From: Candidatus Omnitrophota bacterium
GTDB taxonomy: Bacteria; Ratteibacteria; UBA8468; MWAK01
Direction of reading: 5' to 3'
Assembly (NCBI GenBank): GCA_043797665.1
Contig: JAZDPL010000068.1
Coordinates: 1 to 43,252, forward strand
Length of the DNA: 43,252 nt
The position numbers and the translations under genes were made by a program. Positions 27,115 through 36,966 of this stretch are shown one piece after another. Each line of letters opens with the position of its first letter. Position 1 is the stretch's first letter. Below the pieces are notes generated by a model that had not been told where the DNA came from, searched no databases, and was given only the letters and a program-made list of their open reading frames with translations.

Positions 27115-27288
27115 ATGCCTAAAACTTATTTAACGGTCAGGGATGTAGCAAAGCAGCTTGAGCTTACCGAGTACAGGGTAAGGCAGCTTATCCGCGAGAA
27201 GCAGATTCGGGCTACCAAGATTAAGCGGTGGAGAATTAGGCCTGAGGATTTGGGGAGTTTTATCGATAGCCGGAGCAACTTAAAATGA
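27115..27288 (+). CDS. Excisionase-family (HTH_17) small DNA-binding protein, 57 aa, absent from the ORF track
   Basis: MPKTYLTVRDVAKQLELTEYRVRQLIREKQIRATKIKRWRIRPEDLGSFIDSRSNLK* fits the YLT..(E/D)VA..L......V...I....I.A.K....WRI...DL..F pattern. Confidence 0.85.
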   Translation: MPKTYLTVRDVAKQLELTEYRVRQLIREKQIRATKIKRWRIRPEDLGSFIDSRSNLK

Positions 27289-27320
27289 AGGGATAGGTGG
27301 AATTCTTTTAAGGCGAAAAA

Positions 27321-28574
27321 ATGGTGAATTTAGGTTCCGTTAAAGTAGATAAGAGTTGGTCGTTTGCTGATATAAGCCGAAAAGAAACACTTTATGCTAC
27401 ACATGGCTACCATCGTTATCCTGCCAAATTCATTCCACAGTTAGTTAGAAGAATAATAAGGGGATACTCTAAACCAGGAGACCTTGTTTTAGACAGTTTT
27501 GGGGGATGTGGTACTACGTTGGTAGAATCCAAACTAAGCGGGCGCGAAAGCATTGGTTTGGATGTGAATGAGGTGGCTGTGCTTATGGCAAAAGCAAAAA
27601 CGATTGCCTTGGAACCTGATACTCTGGAGCAAAGAAATAAGATTTTATTGGAAAGAATCGCAAACAATAAAGACACTAGCAATTATTTTAAAAATGCAAA
27701 TAAACGTTTACAATATTGGTTCAAACCACAAGAATTCAATAAACTAAGAGTTATCTGCGACTGTATTCAGAAAGAAAAGGACAGCAAAATAAGATTATTT
27801 TATAACTGCTGTTTCTCAAATATTTTAAAAAATTGTTCAATTTGGTACTCAAGAAGCATCAAGCCCATGCGGGATGATTCTAAAAAGATAGCTGAGCCTG
27901 CTTCTGCGTTTACTAACCACCTCGATTATATGACGCGAAAAAACAAGGAGTATGTTGAATTGTTACAGGCAAAAAAAGTAGAAAATGTTTCTTGCCAAAT
28001 GAAAAAGGGCAATGCTAGAAAAATAGATTTGCCTGATAATTGCATTGATTTAGCTGTGACATCACCGCCTTATGTTACTTCCTATGAGTATGCGGAATTG
28101 CATCAGCTTTCAATCTTATGGTTTAATTTTGCCGATGATATCAAAGAAATTAAGAAGAATTTTGTCGGGACTTCTTCGCGCGAAAGAGCCAGAAGAAATA
28201 TTGATAGTGAGTTGGCAAAGGGAACCGTCAAGAGGCTAATCAAGGTTAACAAAAGACTAGCCAAACATGTCAGCAATTATTATTACGATCTTGAAAGATG
28301 TTACCGCGAGATACACAGGGTTCTTAAAAAAGGTAAGCATGCTTGTATTATAATCGGGGATACTGAACATAGAGATATTAAAATACCTAATGCAGAGGTT
28401 ACTATTCAGCTATTAGAAAATATTGGCTTTGAATGCAAGAGGATTATTAAAAGGAAATTATCTTCCAAGATTTTTACTCCATATAGGGATAAATCAGGAA
28501 AATTTACTGATGCCGATCATGGAGGAAAAAGAAAAATATATCAATACGAATATGTAATTTTCGCCAAGAAATAA
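27321..28574 (+). CDS. DNA amino-methyltransferase, probably N4-cytosine (alpha motif order)
   Basis: THGYHRYPAKFIPQ; motif I (VLDSFGGCGTT) precedes motif IV (VTSPPY). Confidence 0.88.
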   Translation: MVNLGSVKVDKSWSFADISRKETLYATHGYHRYPAKFIPQLVRRIIRGYSKPGDLVLDSFGGCGTTLVESKLSGRESIGLDVNEVAVLMAKAKTIALEPDTLEQRNKILLERIANNKDTSNYFKNANKRLQYWFKPQEFNKLRVICDCIQKEKDSKIRLFYNCCFSNILKNCSIWYSRSIKPMRDDSKKIAEPASAFTNHLDYMTRKNKEYVELLQAKKVENVSCQMKKGNARKIDLPDNCIDLAVTSPPYVTSYEYAELHQLSILWFNFADDIKEIKKNFVGTSSRERARRNIDSELAKGTVKRLIKVNKRLAKHVSNYYYDLERCYREIHRVLKKGKHACIIIGDTEHRDIKIPNAEVTIQLLENIGFECKRIIKRKLSSKIFTPYRDKSGKFTDADHGGKRKIYQYEYVIFAKK

Positions 28575-28607
28575 AAGCTCTTTTGATGATTCAGAAGGAG
28601 AGCCACA

Positions 28608-30869
28608 ATGGGGAAACAAGGGACCTTTCAACCTAGACCGCACGCCCGTATCATTGCGATGATAGGCGAGCAGCTTATCAGAAATGAGAAAGTTGCATTA
28701 ATGGAGCTAATAAAAAATTCTTATGATGCTGATGCTTCGTGGGTGCAAGTACGTTTTATGAATTTTAACGAAGAAGACAGAGAGTTAGAAATAAAGAAAA
28801 ACTCTATAATTGAAATCGAAGATGATGGTATTGGTATGTCTTTTAACGTTATTGAGAAATCTTGGGTAAATCCTGCTTCCCCTTATAAGTTTTTGCTGAA
28901 AAAAAGAGGTAAAGAAGAAACAAGGAAGAGGAGAATTATTCAAGGAGAAAAAGGCATAGGGAGGTTCGCTGTATATAAACTCGGTTCAACGGTAGAGATT
29001 TTCACGAGACCAGAAGAAGACAATAGAGACGAAGTCTATTTAAAAAGCGATTTGTCTATTTATGATGATGAACTTATAGGTAAGAAAGAAGAGAAATCTG
29101 ATAAACCTCTTTATTTGGATGATATCAAATATAACTACGAAATCAGATCTCCAAAAGTTATCGAACAGAGAGAGTTTATGTTTAAGAATAGCAATCTCAA
29201 AAGACCTAACCACGGTACGTTCATTCGAATAACTAACCTAAGGGGGCATTGGACAACAGATAAAATTAAGGAAATATTTGGTGATTGCTTAAAATTGATA
29301 TCTCCTTTTAATGATGCCGATTTTAGTTGTGATATTGTTGTTAATGGTAGTACTTTTTTTACAGAGAAAGAGCAAGAGCATTTGAAAGATTTATTAGAAC
29401 TCGCTCCAATTAAGATAGAGGGGAGCGTTGATGCTAATGGAAACGTAAAATATAATCTTGGCGAAAAGGAAAAAGAAGAAAAAGAGGGGGAAAAGGTAAT
29501 AACCTTAAAGGAGATGTCAACTGATTCCGAAATTCGAGAGAAATTTTTTGATAAAAAAGGTAATTTAGTAAGGGAACCAGAGTGCGGTCCGTTCAATTTT
29601 AAATTTTATGTTTTCGACCTTGACCGCAAGGCCTCTCTTGAATCTTCTTTATCAAAAGAAGACAGGGATATTATAAAAAGTCATAGAGTGTATCTCTATA
29701 GAGATGGTATTAGGGTTTATCCTTACGGGGACCCTACGGATGATTGGTTAGAAATTGATATAAAAAGAGGAACTGTTAGGGCTGGGAGCTATTTAAGCAA
29801 TGATCAAATAATTGGATATATTGAAATCACTAATAAGCGTAATTCTGCTCTTAGGGATAAAACTAATCGAGAAGGGTTGATGGATATAGGATATAGCTAT
29901 GAAGACTTCAAAGCTCTTAATTTATGGATTTTAGGTTTTCTTAGGACAGAATTTAGAAAATATAAAGATGATCAGCAGGATAAAAGGAAAAAAAATGAGG
30001 AGGAGGAAGGTATCTTAGCTACGGAACAGATAGTTAAAGAAAATATAGATGTTCTCAAAAAGTATTTTGAAGACAAGGAAGATCTTAAGGGTAGCAAGTT
30101 AATAAATTTTCTTGCTGAGAATTATGATAAAGAGAAAAATGTTCTGAATGAAAGAGTCGAGATAGTCGAAGATCTCGCTGGCGTGGGGATAACAGTGGAT
30201 GCCGCTTCTCATGATTTGATGATTATGATGGAGCGAGCGAAAGAAACCCTTAATCTTCTTTTTGAGATGCTGCAAGTTAAAGAAATTGACGTCCCAAAAT
30301 TAAAGGAAACAACTGAAAAAGTTAGAGGGCAATTTGCATTTATTGAGGATCAATTGCATGGGATTCAACCTTTATTTAGGTCTTCAAGGAGATACAGCAA
30401 GAATTGGAGAATAAAAGAAATTATTAAAAAAGTAAAATTGTATTACAGTGTGCCGATTAAAGATAGGAAGATCAATGTCGTTGTTGAAGAAAAGGGTGCG
30501 CCTCTTGTTGTGAAATGCACAGAGGGCATTCTTTTACAGGCGTTTATAAATCTAATAGATAATGCAGTGTATTGGCTAACAACAGCAGATAGGAAAGATA
30601 AGACAATTAAGATTATTATTAATGGGAATAAGTCAGAGGTTATTTTTTCTGATAATGGTCCGGGTATCAAAAAAGATGATCAGCCATATGTTTTTAAACC
30701 ATTTTTTACCACAAAAGGCGTCAAGGGTAGGGGTTTGGGGTTGTATATCACAAGGCAACTGCTCGACCGTTACGATTTCTCCATAGAGCTTATTGAAAAA
30801 GAAAAAAATAAAATTATGGCCGGGGCAAATTTTTTAATAAACTTTGGCGATACCGAATCTGAAGACTAG
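28608..30869 (+). CDS. MORC/GHKL ATPase fused to a C-terminal histidine kinase
   Basis: N-terminal motifs: ELIKNSYDADA, EDDGIGM, GEKGIGRFA, HGT.I.ITNL. Middle: YRDGIRVYPYG...DDWL, DKTNREGL. C-terminal: H-box ASHDL, NLIDNAVYW, DNGPGI, FKPFFTTK, GRGLGLYI. Confidence 0.9.
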   Translation: MGKQGTFQPRPHARIIAMIGEQLIRNEKVALMELIKNSYDADASWVQVRFMNFNEEDRELEIKKNSIIEIEDDGIGMSFNVIEKSWVNPASPYKFLLKKRGKEETRKRRIIQGEKGIGRFAVYKLGSTVEIFTRPEEDNRDEVYLKSDLSIYDDELIGKKEEKSDKPLYLDDIKYNYEIRSPKVIEQREFMFKNSNLKRPNHGTFIRITNLRGHWTTDKIKEIFGDCLKLISPFNDADFSCDIVVNGSTFFTEKEQEHLKDLLELAPIKIEGSVDANGNVKYNLGEKEKEEKEGEKVITLKEMSTDSEIREKFFDKKGNLVREPECGPFNFKFYVFDLDRKASLESSLSKEDRDIIKSHRVYLYRDGIRVYPYGDPTDDWLEIDIKRGTVRAGSYLSNDQIIGYIEITNKRNSALRDKTNREGLMDIGYSYEDFKALNLWILGFLRTEFRKYKDDQQDKRKKNEEEEGILATEQIVKENIDVLKKYFEDKEDLKGSKLINFLAENYDKEKNVLNERVEIVEDLAGVGITVDAASHDLMIMMERAKETLNLLFEMLQVKEIDVPKLKETTEKVRGQFAFIEDQLHGIQPLFRSSRRYSKNWRIKEIIKKVKLYYSVPIKDRKINVVVEEKGAPLVVKCTEGILLQAFINLIDNAVYWLTTADRKDKTIKIIINGNKSEVIFSDNGPGIKKDDQPYVFKPFFTTKGVKGRGLGLYITRQLLDRYDFSIELIEKEKNKIMAGANFLINFGDTESED

Positions 30870-30884
30870 GGTTAAGGAAGAAAA

Positions 30885-32099
30885 ATGGATCTGTTAAAAG
30901 GCATTGCGGTCGTTATTGATGATGGTATAGGCGGAGAACCAAATATTGATAAGATAATTGCTAAGGTTCTCGCTAAAGGAATTCCCACGGCTGAATTTAA
31001 GGATATTCAATCCGCAGAAAAATGTATTCATAATTTCCTTACAGTAAATTTTATTATACTTGACTGGAAGATGGTTTCTGCGCCAGTTGGGGCCCCTATT
31101 GGAGTAGGAGTAGGTCAGGGATTGGTTGCAGCTACTGAATTGAAAGTTGTTGAATTTATCAAAAAACTGAAAAAACATTGTTTTGCTCCGATTTTTATTT
31201 TTACAAATGAAAATCCAGTTGACGTCTTGGCCAAACTACGAGAAGCAGGTTTATATTTTGACCAAGAAGGTCGTGATTTCATTTATGTTAGAAGTAAGAA
31301 CGATATTCTGCAGGACGACAATCTATTTACCGAAACCGATCAATGGATTCATAAAACTCCCTCAATCTATATATTGAAGGTTTGGGATGGAGAATTTCTC
31401 AAAGCAAAAAATGAACTATTCTGGGATTTATACAAGAAAAGTAATGGCTGCTGGCCAAAAGTTTTATGGGAACATTATGAGAGCGAGAAAGAAACCCCAT
31501 ATTCTTGTATAAATGAAGTGATTTTTCAACTTATTTCGAGCAGGGTAAGTTTGAAAGGTATAGAAAAAGAAAAGATTACAGGATTGGCTATGAATCCAGA
31601 ATTAAGTGAAATAAAGGATATTTTCAGAAAAATTATGTTTCAAGATGGCGAATTGTGCAGTGGAACTTTAGAAGGTGTCAAGCCGGGAGACATTTTTAAA
31701 AATAATGATAAATATTTCTTGAATATTCGTCCAGAATGTGATACAGCATCTTATAGACAGGGCAGAGATAATATTTATGTAATTTGTGGAACTAAAGTAC
31801 CAAATGCAAACTTAAAGGATCTTAATTATATAGAGTCTGGTTTAATCCCAAAAATTAACGAAGACTTCGTTTGGCTATTAGATGGTGATGGAGTTGTCAA
31901 GTTTAGTTTTAACGAAGTTGAGTGGTGGAAATTCGAGGAAAATAAGGGTAAAAGGTTATGCAGACTTCTTCCGCCATATATCACGAATATTCAACAGAGA
32001 TTTTCTTCATATTTAGGGAGGTTTGGGGTGCCTAGATTGCCCAAAGCAATTGAAAAGGATATTTTAAAGATTGAAGCTACAACAACCCCTGCTACCTAA
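30885..32099 (+). CDS. Receiver-domain protein with a large uncharacterised C-terminal domain
   Basis: VVIDD, IILDW (phosphoacceptor Asp), IFIFTN and RSK fit a REC fold. The C-terminal ~270 aa contain PGDIF, RPECD and R.GVP.LP. Starts 15 nt after the kinase gene. Confidence 0.78.
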   Translation: MDLLKGIAVVIDDGIGGEPNIDKIIAKVLAKGIPTAEFKDIQSAEKCIHNFLTVNFIILDWKMVSAPVGAPIGVGVGQGLVAATELKVVEFIKKLKKHCFAPIFIFTNENPVDVLAKLREAGLYFDQEGRDFIYVRSKNDILQDDNLFTETDQWIHKTPSIYILKVWDGEFLKAKNELFWDLYKKSNGCWPKVLWEHYESEKETPYSCINEVIFQLISSRVSLKGIEKEKITGLAMNPELSEIKDIFRKIMFQDGELCSGTLEGVKPGDIFKNNDKYFLNIRPECDTASYRQGRDNIYVICGTKVPNANLKDLNYIESGLIPKINEDFVWLLDGDGVVKFSFNEVEWWKFEENKGKRLCRLLPPYITNIQQRFSSYLGRFGVPRLPKAIEKDILKIEATTTPAT

Positions 32100-32185
32100 A
32101 AATCAAAAGATTTAACTCTCTTCCACTGAATCATCTGAAGATATACAAAGTGTAGCAAGCTATTGCACAAATTTCTTATGGGAAA

Positions 32186-32884
32186 ATGGTGGAGAAAAGC
32201 AAGGTAACAGGTATTAAAAGTTGGCCCGAAGATGACAGGCCGCGGGAGAAGTTGCTCAAGAAGGGCGCGGGGGCTTTGAGTAATTCTGAGCTTCTGGCGA
32301 TTCTTTTGCGTACCGGTACCAAAGGTACAAGCGCTATTGACCTTGCCCGCAAGATTTTGAAGAAATTTAGCACGTTTCGGAACATGGTGCATACCGATTC
32401 GCGCGATTGGAAGGGATTTAAGGGTTTAGGTGGGGCTAAGATTGCCCACATTCAGGCCGCACTTGAAATTGGGCGGCGCTATCGACAGAACGATGTGTCC
32501 ACCGGGAAGCGGAAGATTGTCTCTGCTAAGGACATCGTGGACATTGTCAAGCCCCAGCTCCGCGACCTTAAGACGGAGGTTTTTAAGGTCGTCTATCTTG
32601 ATAACAATAACCGCATTATCGACATCTTGGATTCTGCTGTCGGCACTGTTGATCAGATTTTCCCGATTGTCCGCGAAATAATCCATGCCGCTTTACAGAA
32701 GTTCGCGAAATCAATCGTTTGTGTCCACAATCACCCCAGTTCTGAGTCTGTTCCCAGCACGCAAGATAAGAAATTTACCCAAGACCTATGTAATGCAGGG
32801 AAGCTTATGGACATAAAGGTGCTGGATCATATCATAATTGCTGGCGATAAGCACTTCAGTTTTGCTGATGAAGGGATGGTATGA
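32186..32884 (+). CDS. radC: RadC / JAB-domain protein (full length)
   Basis: Motifs: DRPREKLL..GA.ALSNSELLAILLRTG, G.G.AK, HNHPS, PS..D, VLDHIII, SFADEG. Confidence 0.93.
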   Translation: MVEKSKVTGIKSWPEDDRPREKLLKKGAGALSNSELLAILLRTGTKGTSAIDLARKILKKFSTFRNMVHTDSRDWKGFKGLGGAKIAHIQAALEIGRRYRQNDVSTGKRKIVSAKDIVDIVKPQLRDLKTEVFKVVYLDNNNRIIDILDSAVGTVDQIFPIVREIIHAALQKFAKSIVCVHNHPSSESVPSTQDKKFTQDLCNAGKLMDIKVLDHIIIAGDKHFSFADEGMV

Positions 32885-34374
32885 ATAGCGAAAAAATAAC
32901 ACTATCACAACTTGATCAGTATCTTTCCAAAGCCGCATGGATTCTTAAGGGTCCGGTAGATGCGGCTGATTTTAAGGTCTATATATTTCCGCTTCTTTTC
33001 TTTAAACGAATTTCAGATGTTTATGACGAGGAATATAAGCAGGCGTTAGAAGAGTCAGTCGGTGACGTTGAATACGCGAGATTGCCGGAGTTTCACCGGT
33101 TTATTATCCCAGAAAACTGTCATTGGAATGATGTGCGACAAGTCACAAAAAATGTGGGGCAGGCTCTTCAATATGCGTTCCGCGAGATTGAGAAGGCTAA
33201 TCAGAAATTTCTTTACGGAATTTTTGGTGATGCTCAATGGACAAATAAAGAACGTCTTTCGGATGAGCTTTTAATTAACCTGATTGAGCACTTTTCCCAA
33301 TACAATCTTTCAAACAATAACGTTGAGCCGGATATTCTTGGCCAAGCCTACGAATATTTAATTAAGCACTTTGCCGATTTAACGAATAAGAAAGCCGGGG
33401 AGTTCTACACACCGCGTTCGGTGGTTAATCTGATGGGTAGGATTATTGATGCCAAACCGGGCGAGTCAATTTATGACCCAGCCTGCGGAACCGGCGGTAT
33501 GCTTTTGGAATGTATCAATCACCTGAAGGAAAAGAAGCAGGATTATCGAACCCTCAAAATATTCGGGCAAGAAAAGAACCTTACAACCTCTACCATTGCT
33601 CGGATGAATATGTTTCTTCATGGTGTTGAGGATTTTAATATTGTGCGTGATGATACCTTACGAAATCCTGCGTTTTTTGAAGGCGATAATCTTGCCACAT
33701 TCGATTGCGTAATTGCAAACCCACCGTTTTCTCTTGAGAAATGGGGCGCAAAGCAATGGGAAAAAGATCCATATGGACGTAATATTGCCGGTGTGCCGCC
33801 TGACAGCAATGGTGACTTGGCATGGGTCCAACACATGGTTAAGTCTATGGAATACCCAAATGGTCGCGTGGCTGTTGTTTTGCCTCATGGCGCGCTATTT
33901 CGTAAAGGCAAAGAAGGAGTTATTCGCAAGCAACTCTTAAAGATGGATATCGTTGAAGCAGTTATCGGCTTGGGTCCTAACATATTTTACGGGGCGTCTA
34001 TTGCCGCATGTATCTTGGTGTTTCGGGCAATGAAAAAGAAGGATAAGAAGAACAAAGTGCTCTTTATTGATGCGGCAAATCAGGTGCGAGTGGGACGAGC
34101 GCAAAATTTCCTGGAGGAAGAGTATATAAACCGAATTTATAGTTGGTATCGCAATTATAAGGATGTTCAAGACCATGTTAAAGTTGTATTTCTTGATAAT
34201 ATTGAGGCAAATGATTTTAATCTGCATATTCCGCTCTATGTTGAAAAAAAGATAGAAGATAATCTTCCGACCGTTAAAGAGGCGCTCAAGAATCTTAAGT
34301 CGGCATTTAATGGGGCAGTCAAGGCGGAAGATAAAATGAAAGAACAACTGAAAGAATTTGGACTATTGAAATGA
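32881..34374 (+). CDS. hsdM: Type I methyltransferase subunit M1 (NPPF)
   Basis: Motifs: GEFYTPRSVV, YDPACGTGGML, GQE.N, ANPPF, VLPHGALFR. Confidence 0.95.
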   Translation: MNSEKITLSQLDQYLSKAAWILKGPVDAADFKVYIFPLLFFKRISDVYDEEYKQALEESVGDVEYARLPEFHRFIIPENCHWNDVRQVTKNVGQALQYAFREIEKANQKFLYGIFGDAQWTNKERLSDELLINLIEHFSQYNLSNNNVEPDILGQAYEYLIKHFADLTNKKAGEFYTPRSVVNLMGRIIDAKPGESIYDPACGTGGMLLECINHLKEKKQDYRTLKIFGQEKNLTTSTIARMNMFLHGVEDFNIVRDDTLRNPAFFEGDNLATFDCVIANPPFSLEKWGAKQWEKDPYGRNIAGVPPDSNGDLAWVQHMVKSMEYPNGRVAVVLPHGALFRKGKEGVIRKQLLKMDIVEAVIGLGPNIFYGASIAACILVFRAMKKKDKKNKVLFIDAANQVRVGRAQNFLEEEYINRIYSWYRNYKDVQDHVKVVFLDNIEANDFNLHIPLYVEKKIEDNLPTVKEALKNLKSAFNGAVKAEDKMKEQLKEFGLLK

Positions 34375-35855
34375 TGACACAACAGGCTTTAAAGAAGTAT
34401 TTATGGGGTGCGGCAACGCTTTTGCGCGGGCTTATTGATGGTGGAGATTATAAGCAGTATATCTTCCCGCTTTTATTCTTTAAGCGTATTTGTGACGTCT
34501 ATGACGAGGAATATCAAAATGCGCTTAAGGAATCAAGCGGGGATTTAAAATTCGCGGCGTTTGCAGAAAACCATCGGTTTCAAATTCCCAAAGGCGCACA
34601 TTGGAATCATGTGCGCGAGAACACCAAGAATGTCGGCGTGACCATTGAAAAGGCTATGCGCCAAATCGAGAAAGCCAATCCCGATACGCTATTTGGTATA
34701 TTTGGTGATGCGCAATGGACGAATAAAGACCGCTTGAGCGATGAAACGCTTATTAATTTGTTAGAGCATTTTTCATCGGAGATTTTATCGATCAAAAACG
34801 TTCCCAATGACGAGCTTGGCCAGGGATATGAGTTTCTCATTAAGAAATTTGCGGATGATAGCGGGCATACAGCCGCGGAGTTTTATACTAACCGCACAGT
34901 TGTTCAGTTAATGACATTAATTGTGGGTCCTAAGTCGGGCGAGTCGATTTATGATCCAACTTGCGGTTCTGGTGGCATGCTTTTGTCATGTGTTAATAAG
35001 CTCAAGACTGATGGCAAAGAATATCGTTCCCTTAAACTTTACGGTCAAGAGCTGAATTTAATGACGTCGGCTATTGCGCGAATGAACATGTTTTTGCATG
35101 GTATAGAAGATTTTAAGATTGTGCGCGGCGACACCTTGAAACACCCGGCGTTTTTAGAGAGGGACAAACTGAAGCAATTTAATATCATTCTTGCTAATCC
35201 GCCGTACTCCATCAAGCAATGGAATAGAGCGGAGTTTGAGAAAGACCCTTATGGTAGGAATATCTATGGTACCCCGCCACAGGGGACTGCGGACTATGCC
35301 TTTCAACAGCACATCATTAAAAGTCTTGATGAGAAAAATGGACGATGCGCTATTCTCTGGCCGCATGGGATTTTATTTCGCGATGCTGAGGTAGATATGC
35401 GCAAGAAGATGATTGAGTCCGATGTTGTGGAGGCTGTAATCGGTTTAGGACCGAATCTGTTTTATAATGCGCCTATGGAGGCTTGCGTTTTAGTTTGCAA
35501 TAAGGGCAAAAAGAAAGATCGGCGAGAAAAAATTCTTTTTATCAATGCCGTAAACGAAGTAAAACGTGAGAGCGCATTCAGCTATTTAACGGCTGACCAT
35601 ATTGATAAGATTCATAAAGCATTTGTTGGATATAAGGATATTGATGACTTTGCGAAAGTTATGTCGGTTAAGGTTGTTCTCGCAAATAGCGGTAATATGG
35701 CTATTCCATTGTATGTAAACGCCCAAGGGAATAGGAAGACAGATAAAACGGAAATATCTTTGGGTACGTTGTTAAAAAATTGGCAAAAAAAATCTGACAG
35801 CTTAAGGAAAGATCTGGCTGATATGATAAGTGACCTGTCGGTGGAGATGAAATGA
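34371..35855 (+). CDS. hsdM: Type I methyltransferase subunit M2 (NPPY)
   Basis: Motifs: AEFYTNRTVV, YDPTCGSGGML, ANPPY, WPHGILFR. Clear paralogue of the upstream HsdM. Confidence 0.95.
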   Translation: MMTQQALKKYLWGAATLLRGLIDGGDYKQYIFPLLFFKRICDVYDEEYQNALKESSGDLKFAAFAENHRFQIPKGAHWNHVRENTKNVGVTIEKAMRQIEKANPDTLFGIFGDAQWTNKDRLSDETLINLLEHFSSEILSIKNVPNDELGQGYEFLIKKFADDSGHTAAEFYTNRTVVQLMTLIVGPKSGESIYDPTCGSGGMLLSCVNKLKTDGKEYRSLKLYGQELNLMTSAIARMNMFLHGIEDFKIVRGDTLKHPAFLERDKLKQFNIILANPPYSIKQWNRAEFEKDPYGRNIYGTPPQGTADYAFQQHIIKSLDEKNGRCAILWPHGILFRDAEVDMRKKMIESDVVEAVIGLGPNLFYNAPMEACVLVCNKGKKKDRREKILFINAVNEVKRESAFSYLTADHIDKIHKAFVGYKDIDDFAKVMSVKVVLANSGNMAIPLYVNAQGNRKTDKTEISLGTLLKNWQKKSDSLRKDLADMISDLSVEMK

Positions 35856-36964
35856 CGATTGATACTTCAAGATGGAATAAAGTTGCCTTTGGTGATATTG
35901 CCAAGTGTTTGACAATAGCAACGAAGGACCCGTTGTCAGATGGGCTTGATAGATATGTCGGCCTTGAACATATTGAACCGGGCAACATCCATATTAAGTC
36001 TTGGGGGAATGTGGCGGATGGTACGACTTTTACGCGGGTATTTCGAAAAGGACAGGTTCTTTTCGGCAAAAGGCGCGCCTATCAAAAGAAAGCGGCCATG
36101 GCGGAGTTTGATGGAGTGTGCTCGGGAGATATTCTTGTCTGCGAAGCGATTTCTAATGCTGTATTGCCGGAGTTATTGCCGTTTATCGCTCAGAGCGACC
36201 GCTTTTTTGATTATGCGATTAAAACATCTGCTGGTTCATTGTCGCCAAGGACAAAATTTAAAGATTTAGCAAAGTTTACGTTTATGCTATCACCAAAGCT
36301 CAACGACCAAAGGCGTATCGCGGATTTGTTGTGGAGTATTGATGACGCCGAAGAGAGTTATGTTGTTCTAAGCATTAGGTTAGAACAGGCTTTCTGGCCA
36401 TATTTTGAACAATTGTTGTCAGGGCATAAACAAGTCAAATTGCGCGATGTGCTTATTCCTAAAAAAAATCAAAGCGTTTACCCACATAAATATCAAAAGT
36501 ACTTAGGCATGGAACATATTGATAGCGGAGCATTCGTTTCCAAGCGATACGGCAATAGTGAGGAAGCCAAAGCAAATACATTCATCTTTCAAAAAGGAGA
36601 TTTGTTATATGGTAAACTAAGACCATATTTAGATAAGTGTGTTATTGCAAGTTTTGAAGGAGTTTGCTCAACAGAAATTCTTGTTTATGATGTTCAAGAT
36701 GGTTTCTCGAAGGATTTGGCGCTTTTTTATATGCATTCACCTTCATTCGTTAATTATGTTACAGGTCGAGGATATGGAACCAAAATGCCAAGGGTTTCAC
36801 ACGACATTATTTCTGAATATGTTATTTTGATGCCTTCAAAGGATGAGCAAAAAATAATTTTGAGTAAATTTGAGACTTTGCAAAAAAACGCAGAGAATTT
36901 AAGTATCAACTTGGAAAAATGTAGAGCAATTAAAAAACAAATTATTAACCAGGTATTCGGATAG
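35852..36964 (+). CDS. hsdS: Type I specificity subunit
   Basis: Two TRD-like halves with helical spacers (DQRRIADLL..ID; P..DEQK.I), positioned after hsdM. Confidence 0.9.
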   Translation: MTIDTSRWNKVAFGDIAKCLTIATKDPLSDGLDRYVGLEHIEPGNIHIKSWGNVADGTTFTRVFRKGQVLFGKRRAYQKKAAMAEFDGVCSGDILVCEAISNAVLPELLPFIAQSDRFFDYAIKTSAGSLSPRTKFKDLAKFTFMLSPKLNDQRRIADLLWSIDDAEESYVVLSIRLEQAFWPYFEQLLSGHKQVKLRDVLIPKKNQSVYPHKYQKYLGMEHIDSGAFVSKRYGNSEEAKANTFIFQKGDLLYGKLRPYLDKCVIASFEGVCSTEILVYDVQDGFSKDLALFYMHSPSFVNYVTGRGYGTKMPRVSHDIISEYVILMPSKDEQKIILSKFETLQKNAENLSINLEKCRAIKKQIINQVFG

Positions 36965-36966
36965 GT

